From positions 18,602,001-18,666,000 of the forward strand of contig CM052816.1 in assembly GCA_028534125.1 (NCBI GenBank): a stretch of 64,000 bases of DNA, given 5' to 3'. The number at the start of each line of letters is the position of its first letter. Position 1 is the first letter of the stretch. Below the pieces are notes generated by a model. It did not search any database, was not told the origin of the DNA, and was given only the letters and a program-made list of their open reading frames with translations. Below, piece by piece: positions 1 through 12,347 of this stretch. This stretch comes from Lama glama (taxonomy: Eukaryota). The translations under genes were made by a program, and so were the position numbers.

Positions 1-459
1 GATCTGCCATTTGCTGCCTGACCAACGTCATGCCTCCCTTTTGCTGTCCTCCCCAAAGTTCTGGGTGATGCTGGGCATCAACGGAATGAATGACATGGTC
101 AAAATAATCTCCAGAGGGCATGCGGCCTTTCTAACCTGCCATCCTGTAGCAAATTAGAGAGCTCTTACGATTCAGTTCCCTAACACTTGCCAGGGAGAAA
201 AAAAAGTGAGTTTTGGCATGAGATCTCCAACTTTTAAAATTATCTGAATCAAATTTGGAGGAAAATTTCCATTCCTTGTACAACACACAGCCCAGAGAAT
301 AGTACTTTACACACAGCCATTATTCCATCCACCTAACAAGCAAATGCAAGAAGCATCCCTGATGACTAAAATTAAGGGGTGATTAGAGTGCCATTTAGGG
401 GATTCAGCTTTGGCTTTTCAAGGATTTTCCATAACTTTGCCTCAAAATGTGATGTGCAA

Positions 460-601
460 ACAGCTGCATCAGCAGCAACCTGGAACTTATTAGTAATGCA
501 CCATCTTAGACGCCACTCCCCGTGCCTGCCCTGAGTCAGACTCTGCATTTTAAACAAGATCTCCAGGCCATCTGTGAGCACCTCAAAGTTTGAGAAGCAC
601 A
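460..601 (+). mobile_element. MER5-type hAT-Charlie DNA transposon remnant
   Basis: Recognisable MER5 motifs: GCAGCAACCTGGAACTTATTAG...TCAGACTCTGCATTTTAAACAAGATCTCCAGG...AAAGTTTGAGAAGCAC. Confidence 0.7.
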
Positions 602-1429
602 GGCCTACAGGTTTATGTTAAGTAGCTAAAGCTCAGATGATTTTAAAATAGGATTCAATTTATGTAAAACTTTTCAAAGCCACAGAGCCACTGACAAGAA
701 AAAAAATACACCTGAAAATCTGTACCAATAAAATGACCACATTGGAAGTCTTCGCTCTCACTGAAGCCCAGCTCACTCTGTGAATGACAGTCAAGACACC
801 GGGGGGACGGGCAAGTGGCTTTTTCTCTAGGTCTAGCTGTTGGGTATTCAGTGACTTCCACACACTGAACAAGGAAAGGAAATTGTGTTCAGTCCGGGTC
901 ACCTTCAATTCTTCTCCCCTTTCAAAGCCTGCGAAGGGGGCCATGGGTGGTCTAACAGGTTTGTAACAGCAAGAACTTAAAATAAACCTGCACCTTCAGC
1001 CTCTACAAGTGATGGAGACAGAACAGCTGTCACAGCCCTAACATGGTATTAGGTCCCCAGTGTTGACTTTCCTAAATGACTTGCTATTTTCACAACTTCT
1101 CCAAACACCATCTTTCGTAATCAGGGCTTGCCAAATGCTACTTGTTGGCTAGAACCCAACTTTATTTTCCAGGGAAATTGATTTTTCATAAGAGAATTGC
1201 TTTGTTTTGGCTCAGATAAAATATCTTGGAGATACTTTAGAAGAGAGGACTCCAGAACGCTTTTGAGGTTGATTCAATTACCTGACCTCAAATACTTTCA
1301 TGGAATAATGCCCACCATAAGGAACTTACCAGATGATGGTCAGCTTGAGAAGCAAAGCTTACCCATGCCTTTCCTCTGCTTCCCTCCAGTTTCCTTGCAT
1401 GGAGGGCAAAAGCCTCAGAGAAGCAATGC

Positions 1430-1870
1430 ATCCCCAAGGCCAATAATCCTCAGAGCTCCTCTGTCTAGCTCCTCTCCCTTTTTTCACTCGTGCCAGTGGC
1501 ATCGCCCAAGGTTGGAAAGCTTGATGCCAGTTTTTCCTCTTTCCCCCCACCCCTCAGTGTAATCAGTCTTCCCCTCACCCCTCAGTGTAATCAGTCACCA
1601 AGACCCTACAAGAGTTCTTTCCAAATCACTCCTAGATGATTCTGATCCCCTATTTACCACTCAAATATCCCAATCCCCATGGCCTCGCCTCTCACCACTC
1701 ACAGCTCCCAGCCAGTCTCCTTGACATCAGCTCCCACAGACTCTCACCCCAGCCATCCATCTCTCCCACCACTGCCTGACGTCTCTTCCCCAAACACCAC
1801 TTCTGCCAAAACATTGCTTTCTTAGGACCCTCTCAATGGCTTCTATTGTTGATGAGAGAAAATCCAGTCT
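1430..1870 (+). mobile_element. Degraded L2 LINE fragment
   Basis: Pyrimidine-rich, L2-like phrases (AATCAGTCACCAAG, CCATCCATCTCTCCCACCACTGCC, CTCTCAATGGCTTCTATTG); boundaries approximate. Confidence 0.5.
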
Positions 1871-2249
1871 TCTATTTTCTTCTTCTTTCTAAAAAAATGA
1901 ACATCTCCCCCCTACCCTACCCCTGATTTAAAAAGAAATACAAAGCTTGGAACACACTGAAAAGGCTACATTAGAGCATAAAACTTGTCCACCCGTAATC
2001 TCTACACCAAAATACTTCTAACGTGTTGCCCTCCCTCTGTTGTGCCTGGCCTCTAAGCCCTCCATGGAATTCTTTTTCATCCTTCTAGGCTGCTCTCCCA
2101 TGTGTCCCAGAGTCAGCTCTGGCTCCTGCAGGGTGAGTACTTCCTCCGCCCTCCCCCCACACAGCCCACAGAGCCCCACTTCTGCTTCCTCTGTGCAGAG
2201 CACTGGGCTCCTCTCTTCCTCCACTTACTCGTGTAATACTCTCCCTTCA

Positions 2250-2330
2250 AGACCAGCTTTGTTACTGAGAAGCTGTGTGTATTCAGGCAAATTCCTTAAC
2301 CTTTCTGGGCTGCTGTTCTTTCAGCTGGTC
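2250..2330 (+). mobile_element. MIR SINE fragment
   Basis: CCAGCTTTGTTACT..AGCTGTGTG..TCAGGCAAATTCCTTAACCTTTCTGGGC resembles the MIR core. Confidence 0.6.
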
Positions 2331-3519
2331 TCTCTTCCATGACCTTCCTACTTCACGGAGACTCTTTTTTGCCGTGTCCAACCTCTAGCCTTTAGCCCTT
2401 GGGTCTGCCATCACAGTTGGCCAATGCTTCTTTTATAAGCAGAGCCCTGCTAACACTTACAGATTCATTAATTGATTGGCTGACTGTGTTCGGAAAGGTC
2501 TAGCCTAAATCCCTGCTGGTGCAATTTATGCCTCTTCCAGTGGATTCTGGACAGAGACTGGCACTGTCTTAGGTGGCTGCTTCACCCCACACCTTGGACT
2601 AGACTGACTCGTGTGGCCCCCTGCGTCAGACAGAGACTCTGAAGGGCCTTAAGGAACATTGGTCCTGACTCTCCTCCCCACCCTCCCTAGCTGGGTGTTC
2701 AGTCCCAGCAGGAAGGAGTCAGAGTATCTGCGGGGCTGGTGCTCCCAAATTCACAGATTATTCCCCCAGGCTAGGTGAAAAGAAAGTATCACTTCATCAG
2801 ACACAAAGCTGTGCCAGCATCAGAGAACGGAAAGGGGAAGCTGCTGGCTCCAGAGCAGCCATTCTGAGAGCCACGTGAAAAGTGCCTAAGAAAACTGTTC
2901 TTAACCTGACACCACTCTGCCTCGCCCATAAAACCCTGGACCTTGGAATCCATGTACAGAAGGCAATCTGTGCAGGCTGGAGAGCTTGGGGGATAAAAGC
3001 CACACAATTCTGCCTGCTGGGTTTAACGTTTTAGAATATGCATTCTCCAGATCAGCACCTTTACACTACTCGGATGAAAGGACAAAATTAAACCCATCAC
3101 TTCACAACACCTGCCCCGACTCCTCTGCGCCCTCCACTCCTCCTCACCTAGCAGTCAGGCTCTGGGCCCCTCCAACAGGACAGACCCAAGGGCACACTTA
3201 CCAGCATCGGCTAGTGCCACAGCCCCTCCCCAACTTCTCCCAGCATTTTCTGCTTCACTCTTTTCGTTCATGGGGCTCCTGACATTTCACCAGACATGAA
3301 GGGGGTAAACGCTATGACAAGAGGAGGCACATAAAGGAGCTTGGATAGCTGCTTCTAAAGACAGCAAAAGCTGTCTCAGAGGGAAGTCTCTGAGGTTCCC
3401 CCAGGTGAGGCAGAGTCCAGGAAAGGCTCTGAGGTTGAGAGTGATGCAGGGAAGCAGGCAGGAGAGTGGCTATGTGCATGCCTGTGCACACAGAGAACAC
3501 TGGCCTGGTAAAGAACTGC

Positions 3520-3700
3520 CGCTTACCAACGGCAGGTGCTGTTCTAAGTACTTTCTACGCATCAAGTCCTTCCATCCTTAAAGTAATCCTGTGGGTTGGG
3601 TATCACCATTTTTCCTGTTTTACAGATGAGGAAGGCAAGGCTGGGAGAGGTGAAACAATTGCCAGAGGAGGGATGAAGCTCGTCAGCAGGAGTCAGCATC
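3520..3700 (-). mobile_element. MIR SINE fragment
   Basis: CAGGTGCTGTTCTAAGTACTTT...CCTGTTTTACAGATGAGGAAGGCAAGGCTGGGAGAGG is the MIR reverse complement. Confidence 0.7.
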
Positions 3701-5284
3701 TGAAGGGCAACAAGCCAGCTTCCAGCACCTGCCCCACCTAGACCACTGCAGTAGGTCCCTCTCCAGCTAGTGCAGTTGTGCATTTTTTGAAATCCTTGGA
3801 ACCTTCTCTCCCTGGCACAGACGTTCACTGAGCAAACCCTTGCAAGTCCCCAGGAGCCGCTCTGGTGAGCAAGGCAGCCTTGCGAAGGAAAGCAGCCGGC
3901 ACAGTCCCTCCCCTCCTACCCTAGACAGACAGGGCAATGGAGCTGCTGGAACCACTATTTAATTTCACCAGGATATCAGTATTCCTTTGAGAGGATCAGC
4001 TCAAGTTATTGAGCAATCCTTAACAACCTTGCCACGGCCACTCCCAGCCTGAGAAAAGAGTGCTCTGTGTTTGCTGCTTGGTGGAAGTGAGGGAGCCAGT
4101 GCTTCCAGGGACGGGGAGGGAGGGGACGATGAGCCCAGGGCTACTGCTGCTCCTGAAGCCCTGGCTGTTGGCTCCTCCAAATCACCCAGTTGCAGGGTCT
4201 GTCTCTGATGAAGTCTCCAGAAATTGAGTTAAACAGATAAGAATGCTCCTTGGCTAGCATGGGCAAGAGGGGATTGGTTCCCTGAGTGTGTGAGAAGCAC
4301 ATCCGTCTTTTCTCGGGGTCTGGGTAGACACCCCAGGGAGTCTGCAGCACTGACACTGGGCCCCCTGCAGCCCAGGACCTCCGGAAGGGCCGTCCCCCAG
4401 CCACACCTCAATTTACCTTCAGGTCTCCTCTGGGCTCCAGGTGCTAATTTACGGTCTTAGCTCATGTGGGATTCTTAAACACACTGCAGCAGGAGCCGGC
4501 AAGGTCCCACCGTGTCGCCTTCACTGTCTAGACCCCTTTTACAGCCTTCTGTGCTTTCACAGTGACCTCTGTCTGACTCTTTGATTGGCAGGATGGATCA
4601 TTTTCTTTCCTAATGTAGTTCACACTGGGGAGGAACTAATATACTAAGAGGTCATTGTTTCTTTTAAAGTACCACAAAAGTATGTAAAATAAGAAGTGAA
4701 AGGTAATTTTTTTTTCTAGTAATTGGCACAATCCCACATGTGACAACACTTTGGCAAGGCATGTTAAAAAAAAATCAACTCTTTTATTCCTTCTTAAATC
4801 ACTGATCAAATATTAATTATCTGTGCCTGAGATGAATTCTCTGTGTCTAGTTCTTCAAACTAATGGTAAGGTCGCTTTAATGAATATTTAATACAATAAA
4901 ATTCCAGGACAATGAAAGAATTAAAATGACTCCTGGAGTCTGCAGAAAAGATTTGCCTCCAAGAATTAGCACGGTTCCGAAGTCATAGTTGAACTAGAGT
5001 TTGAGTTAGTCCTACTGCTCTACATCATTAAAAAACATACTATTGACAATGTATGGACAACCAGCTTGCTGCAGAGAGTGGTTCTGGATGAATTCCACAA
5101 ACACTCCCTGATCTCATGCTACCAGCCCAGCGTGGGCTGCCTGCTGCAGCTCTAGGGATGAGTCAATCATTTTCTAAACACGAGGCGCTCCGTCTGGTCG
5201 GGGAGCCAGGCGCACATACAATGAAATAAGTGCCTGATACATGGCTCGATATGAAAGGGACTCCAAAGGGAAGTACCCAACCAC

Positions 5285-5340
5285 GGGGCGGGGGCGGGGG
5301 CGGGGTGGGGGGTAGTGGAGGGTGGGCGGGGCGGCAGGGG
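5285..5340 (+). promoter_or_regulatory. G-run / GC-box cluster (G-quadruplex motif, Sp/KLF-type sites)
   Basis: GGGGCGGGGGCGGGGGCGGGGTGGGGGG has five G4-6 runs with 1-nt loops, followed by further GGG runs. The motif is seen directly; function is inferred. Confidence 0.5.
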
Positions 5341-8300
5341 ATGGCGGAGTCTTCCCAGAAGAGGTGATTCATCATCTGGTTGAGAGGGAAGCCAAGTGAG
5401 CAAGGTAGACTGCAACTCATCAAACCAGAGACCGGAGACAGGGTTAGTACCAGAGACATACTTGCTGGTCTGGGTTTCTGGTTCTCATTAGTGCTTTACA
5501 GTTCCCGAGACACAAGAATCTGAAAGCCCTGCTTGTCTGTGCATCCATTCTTAATGGCCAAGGAAAATGCCGTCGTGATTATTCTATTTAGGATCATCCT
5601 GCATGTTTTTTTCCCCCTCCATTGTTTAGAAATCTACTAAATATCCTAAGGCTTACTGTTCAGTCCTTCTCAAAAATAGACCCAAGTCTTCTATGTGAGC
5701 ATGTTCCCAGCTCCAAAACCACTAAGCACCAGAGAGGAGCCTGAGGCCTTTCGGGCTCTCCTGCATCTTCAGGGCAGCATCACGACTAATGACGTGTGTG
5801 CTGGTGATATGCAAACACATTCAGGCTCCTTCTAAGCTTTCTAGTTGCTTACGGTTTAAGGAAAGCAGAGGGAGGGGGACAAGAAGTGTGCATCTCTGTG
5901 TGTGTCTGTGTGATGTGCAAACGGCAGACCTGTGTGTGTCCAAATACATGAAGTGCAAATTGTACGGGGCTTCTGAGACAGATGTGGCCGAGTTGTGCCG
6001 ATCTGGGGAGGGGCCTGGGGCTCGAGGCAGAGCTTATAAAGGCTTGGCTTGGTGATTAAAGTCCAACACAATACGCAACTTCAAAAATATGTTTATTTAG
6101 ACACGAAGTTCATCCGAGATCCCATAAAAAGACCTTGGCCTGTTTTCACAGAGTATTGTGACAGTCATGGCCTCTTTTTAACTTTGGTCCCTATAATTTA
6201 CACTGGGGACCCAAGTTGATCATTCCAAACTGGTAAATTAATAAATAGAGCAGCAGAAAGGAAGACTGCAGGGTCATGAGGCCTGGGCTTTCGTGCCTCT
6301 TTCGTCCTAACTGTTTCCAGATGTGGGGCTTGGCACAGTGTCAGCTCGGTGACAATAACTAATGAAAGTCCTTCCTCCCCAGCTAACAGCAGGCGGCTAC
6401 TGGTCCCGGCAAAATGGCCTGTTTGTATTTTCATTTCAGAGGACATGCTTGGCTGAAAGCATGGCCCTTGCTGAGTGTTTAGCGGGCACAGGCCACAGAG
6501 TTGATTATAGTCAAACACAAGAACCTCAGTGCGAGGCGTCTCCTGAGAGAGCTGCCTTCCTCTAACAGGAGACCTTAACGATGTAGAAAGAGGGGGGCTG
6601 GATCTGGGGCAAACATCCCATCACTATGGAAACGGTACATGGCCTTGTCCTCACCTTTGGTGAAGTGCTTCCTCTATAGTTCCTGAAAGAAAAGGTAGGA
6701 AGTCAGGCTTGTTCCTGACTTCAGGGTGCTTACAGTCTCAGGTGGGGCACACACTCCAAGCCAGCAGTGACTCGGGTCAGAGGAGATTTGTCAGGGAAGA
6801 CATTCTACACAATATGCACATTAAAGCACTCCCACAGGACAGTCGGGCCTGCTTTCAGTAGCAAAAGAGGTGCTCTTAGAAAATGGTAGGTCCTGGAAGA
6901 CTTCAACTAGCCAGTCTCCACACATGGGAAACTTCAGCCTGGACCACAGACTCTGGTCATGGACCAGCCAGGCTCCAAGAGGCCCAAGGCCGTTAAGGCC
7001 AGGCCAACAGAGTCTAGGCTTCTCACTTCTGCTTCAATCTTCTTCTGCCTTTCGGGAAAACCTCCTTCTTCTGCTGATTTTTGCTTGCCAGCCAACCTGC
7101 TCATTCCAACCACAGGGAAAATTAACTCTGAATTTTTAAAACTGAAAACTGGTTTGACATACAGGTGGCCTTCTCCAGGAGACAGAGAGGGAGTAAGCTG
7201 GCCTGTGCAGTAGTATCACTGACCACCTTGGAGCCAACCAGAAGAATGAATGTCATGGATTTTCAGACCACAAGTGGCACTTACATGTGGATTTCCAGGA
7301 AAATTCTGTGATTAGGAATGCTCTGAAAAATCGGAGAAAATTCTTGCTTTCGTGCCTCAAAAGATACATCTGATCTCAGTTGGTTTTGATTTGTCAGTGA
7401 CCAGAGCTTGTTTCCCTGAGTTATTTGCAGGCGTAAAATTTGCAGACTTGGACAGAAAGCCCAGAAGGGCAAGAGGGAGAGCATGTGGCTGGCCAGGGCC
7501 ACTGTTGGGTACCAAGAAAGGCCGTCTGTCTGCTGGTGATGAGATCCCACCTGCCAGTGACAGAATCAGAGGGTAAACGGACAAATCCTACATTTCTGTC
7601 CCTGCGGCTGACTATCTGCCCTTCCCTGGTGTCAGATATGAAAGGCAGGCTAACACAAGCCACACATCTCATCATCCCATAGGCCCGTGGCCTCAGCCCC
7701 AGGACCACTGGGGTACACGGCCCAGGGAGGCGAAATGCTTTTACATAATTCTGATTTTCTAATAATGCATGAAAAGATAATTCAGAGCATGGCAGTAGAT
7801 GGGGTTCTGTGAGCCCTTTTCCTGGCTAGACAGGGTTCCATGCAGTGCTGCCCAGACCCACGGAGGTATGAGAAGAGCTCCAGAGAAGCTCTTGGCCTCC
7901 TTTTCTGGTAAGTTCAACACACAATGAGCATTTACTCAAGTGTCGGTGGTGGGCGTTGCATAGTGGAGCACATATTATGATAAATACAAAAGATGCAGGA
8001 GATTCTTGGTGCTTTCCAGGGCATACCATCATCCAGGAGAGGCAACGAAAGGCAAAAGATGAAATCTATGACTGGGAAACCTTCCTCTCCATGGCCAAGT
8101 TTACTAAAGTCTTTTCCATTCTCAGGGTCCAGCAAGGTCTTTCTTACCTCCAAGCCTCTGAACACACAGTTCACAGACAAGCCTGATGTCTCGCCTCCAC
8201 TTGTCCACTGGATTTTAGTTTAGGCAACACTTCCTCCAGGAGTCAGTCCTTCCCTTCCTTGATGCCCTTTCTCTGGGCTTGCCCTGGCCCTGTTTGTTTT

Positions 8301-8759
8301 CCTCCTGTGGCATCTGTCAATGTCATAAATGTCTGGTGCCATAGACTGCAGGTTTGGCGAGTGGGGGTTGAAACACTGGCCTCATTCACTACCCTATTCC
8401 CAGCATTCATTCACTTATTAATTAACTTATTTATGGAGTACCTACAGGAAGCCAGTCAAATGATCAGAGAAGAGAAAGGTTATCATGAGGCTTAATTACT
8501 CAGGGACGGCCTGCTGAGGAAGTGTACTGTGAGGTCTTCTTCGAGGTAGTTTGAAAAGGGAAGACAAGAGAGGCACAGAACCTAGCCGCGTCATGCTCCC
8601 ACTCTCCATGAGACGTACGGGCTTCCATAGGAATAAAAGCTGGTAACCATTAATAAGGGGAAGGGCGCTCACATTCAGGGAGCTCTTACCACATGCCAAG
8701 ACAGTTTTCCGGATGCCAACCACGTTAATAATATCCGCCATTCACCAGAACCGGCTGCA

Positions 8760-8895
8760 GGCCTGGACACTTCTTGGGCTCCCTCATCTGATCTTCCAGC
8801 CACCCTGCTGAGTGGGGATGATTGGCCTCGTTTTTACAGAGGAGGCACTGAACCTCAGAAAGGGCGGGATTGGGCGAAGATCGCACAGTCACAGA
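8760..8895 (-). mobile_element. MIR SINE fragment
   Basis: TTTTTACAGAGGAGGCACTGAACCTCAGAAAGG...AAGATCGCACAG. Confidence 0.6.
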
Positions 8896-9059
8896 ACCAA
8901 ATGTTAACGCTGATATTTAAAGTTTTTATCATATGTTTAAATAACTGCCAAAGATGAAGAATACTGTATTTTGAGTATACGTATTACATTATATTTTTGT
9001 CAAAATATTGAAAATGTAGATTTAGCACATACAATTCATAGAAAATGTCTCTACATAGA

Positions 9060-9290
9060 CCGACTCTACCCCTGACCAGTCATGTGACCTTGAGAAAGTT
9101 ACTTAACTTTACACATCAATGTAACTTTACACTTCTCTATAAACTGGGAATAATAACGGTACCTACTTATAGCTACTGGTATAGGTACTTATAGGGCTAT
9201 TGGGGGATTAAATGGGTGTATTCAGGTAAACTGTTTAGAATATGATCTGGTCCCCACTGCTGGTGTTTGCAATCATTGGTATTAGTATTA
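9060..9290 (+). mobile_element. MIR SINE
   Basis: TGTGACCTTGAGAAAGTTACTTAAC...CTATAAACTGGGAATAATAACGGTACCTAC...GGATTAAATG. Confidence 0.75.
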
Positions 9291-10304
9291 TTTGATTTAA
9301 CTGCAAAGACAGTCCTCAGAGTCAACATGAGCCAGAAACGTACAGTTTCATTTTTCACCTCAAATAAATGTATTCTACCCCGCCCTCCTGACAACTATCT
9401 CTCTGTGAACTCTAATCCCAGCAGAGACAGATAAGCTTTAGGAAAACACATGCAACTCCTTCACGACTTCTTGCTTTAATCTTGGGAGCCTGCATTATCT
9501 AGTGGCCTTTTGTTGGGTACCCTGGGGACTTCTGCGTCCTGGTACAATGCCCCATGTAAGACAGCAGAGAGGGAAATCTTGCTTCTGCAAGTGTAAAAGA
9601 GGACAGTAGGAAAGGGGAGGTGACACAGGTAAATCAGTATTAAGTATTCTGTGTGTGTGTGTGACAATTTATTTAATTTAGGTTGAGCTACCTGTAAATT
9701 CTTCATACCTCTGGAAACAACTTGTATATCCATCTTGAAAATATCAGTAACAACAACAAATATTCATGACACTTGCTATGAAACCCTGGAGCATACAGGA
9801 AATTCTATAAAATAGACAAATTTGATTCTACTACCTTTTAGTCTTAGCCCTTAACTTCCTCGGCCCCTTTTGCTGTCTTCTCTCCCCATCAGCCCTCCAA
9901 ACCAGTTTCTGTCATCAGGAATTTAGGTCTGCCTACATCAGGCAGATCTGCTGGAGGAGAGCATACATGTGGAGGCTGAGAAAATTGATTCTGCTCACAA
10001 CTCTGCATGCCCCCGCCCCCGAAGGGTTTCCTGTAGCCCCAGGGATATGTGTGCTTCAGTTTAAAGTCCCCATTTGTCCCTGAAGGTCAGCAACCACTAG
10101 TGAACAAGGCTGCCCTCCCTCAGCAGGGGCCAAGCATCCCAGAGCCAACTAGATGAAAGAGGCCAAAGGGTTTCTCAGTGTTGCCTCCTGGGAAGATTAA
10201 ACTGCAGGCAGGAGCCCTGCTGGTGTGGCGTGGCCAGGCCCTATAGGCCCTTGATTCTGATTCAGCCCCACCCCACTGAACCAGAATCTGCCACAAACCA
10301 GAGG

Positions 10305-10430
10305 TTCTTGGCAGCACCTTAGAATCACAAATCATGAAGCCCAAGGCCACACCTCAGGTCCTGTGGTCCAAGCAGCAGTTTCTAAGCTCCCAGGCTGACT
10401 CCGCATGCAGCCAATGCTGAGAGCCACCAT
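10305..10430. mobile_element. MER5-like fragment
   Basis: CTTGGCAGCACCTTAGAATCAC...AAGCTCCCAGGCTGACTC..ATGCAGCCAATGCTGAGAGCCAC. Confidence 0.5.
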
Positions 10431-11696
10431 CCGCAGGCCCTCACAGCTGCACACTCACCTCTTCTCACTGGGGCTACTAAGGCAGCCCCTAGCCCTGTCC
10501 CTCCCAGACCCTCCTAAATTGGCCCTGGCTACTCTTCCCAGACTTTCCTCCAAACATTCCCTCACTTTGCAACCAAACTGGAGGACTTACTCTTCCCCAA
10601 GCACACCTCAGAGTTTCCTACACGCTTACCCCTTTGATCTGTCTTCTGTACTATTTCTTGCCCAAATCCTTCCCATCTTGTGAGGCACATCTAAAACACG
10701 CCTCCTCCACCTGCTCCCCTCTGCCTGGCACTGATCTCCCCATCACATTCTTTCTGACTTCCTCATGGCCCTTCCTCGTTTCTACTTTGGATTCACAGGG
10801 GACGTCTTTCCCCTTTCCATCCTGCTCCTTTAGGCTGAAGGCTTCAAGGGCAGACTGGGGTCCCATTTACCCTCGTTTATCCTCCCTCTTGGCTTGGCAC
10901 ACAGAGCTGCTCACACACAACGGCATCCCCTGCCCTGCTCCCTCCCCAGGCAGAGGGCAGGCCCACAAAGGCTCCAGAGCCTGGAACATTCAGGCAGGGA
11001 AGGAGAGCCTTTACAGTGCTGCAGACCGTCTCCACCACTGCTGGGGGTTTTCTGGCATGCCAATTTGTTCCATTAAATTAAAGCCCCTTTAAAATTACTA
11101 CTCTAAAAGGAGTGGGCAAAACCCACATTAGGCAAGTTGCTTTGGTCTCTGCAACATAAAAGTGGCCTAGAAATAAAAAGCTTGCTATCATTTGTAGCAG
11201 TGTTAATACAGAACTTCAAATGTGGGCTCCCTCCCTTCTAAATAACAGCCTTACTTTTTGGCGAGACAAGATAGGTTCACTACCACAGCCAGCAGAAACC
11301 CGACCACCAAACATCAAAGGCAACATTCTCTCTCTCTTCCTCCAGCTCACTCTGGCAGCCCCAGTAGGCCTTAGTTCAAGCCTGTAATGAATGCTCTTTT
11401 AATGCAGAAACTTGCATTAGCATTTGGACTTGGACTCAGCTTCTGTTTTCCCTTCATGCTATGGGAATCATTTAGTAATTTGCTCTTATAAAATTTCAGG
11501 CAGGGAACCAGATATTTAACATCTAGAAACGGAATGCGGGGAGGAGGACCACCGTTCACATCGCTGCCATCCACATGCTCATGAGCAGGGCTGACCACAC
11601 GCCTCCTTCCCTGGGGATCTGGAATCCCACCTGCTGCTCCTTTAGTGTTGGTGGCGCTCTTCCCTTTCATCTCCTGCCCTTGCCAGGTACCCACTC

Positions 11697-12347
11697 TTTT
11701 TTTTTTTTTTTGCCTTATAATTAATATATAACAATGTCTAAGTTTTAGGTTTACAACATAATGACTTGACATATTTTGTGAAATGATCACCACGGTAAGT
11801 CTAGTTAACATCCATCACCACCTAGTTAAAAGAGTTTTTTCTTGTGATGAGAACTTTTCAGATCTACTCTCTTAGTAACTTTCAAATATGCAACACAGTC
11901 TTGTTAACTATAGTCATCATGCAATACATTAGATCCCCAGGACTTATTTACTGTATAACCTAGAAGCTTGTACATTTGGACCCCTTTCACTCTACCCCCA
12001 CTCCTTTATTTGGCCATAACCAGTCTATTCTCTGTTTCCAGGAGTTCTTTTTTTTTTTTAGATTACACATACAAGGGAGATCATACAGAATTGTATTTCT
12101 GTCTGATTTATTTCACTTTAGCATAGTGCTCTCGAGGTCCATGCACATTGTCAAAAATGGCAGGATTTCCTTCTTTTTTATGGTTGAATAATATTACATT
12201 ATATTATATAAATGCATATATTGTATTTTCTTTATCCATTCATCCATCAATGGACATTTAGGTTGCTTTCACGCCTTGGCTACTGTAAATAATGCTGCAG
12301 TGAACATTGTGGAGGGGGCCCTGTATATCTTTCTGAGTTAGTGCTTT
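11697..12347 (-). mobile_element. 5'-truncated L1 3' end (L1MA9/10-like)
   Basis: Poly-T at 11697 followed by the reverse complement of an L1 3' UTR (GTGATGAGAACTTTCAGATCTACTCTCTTAG; TTTATCCATTCATCCATCAATGGACATTTAGGTTGCTTTC). Homologous to the + strand copy at 27308-27873. Confidence 0.85.
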
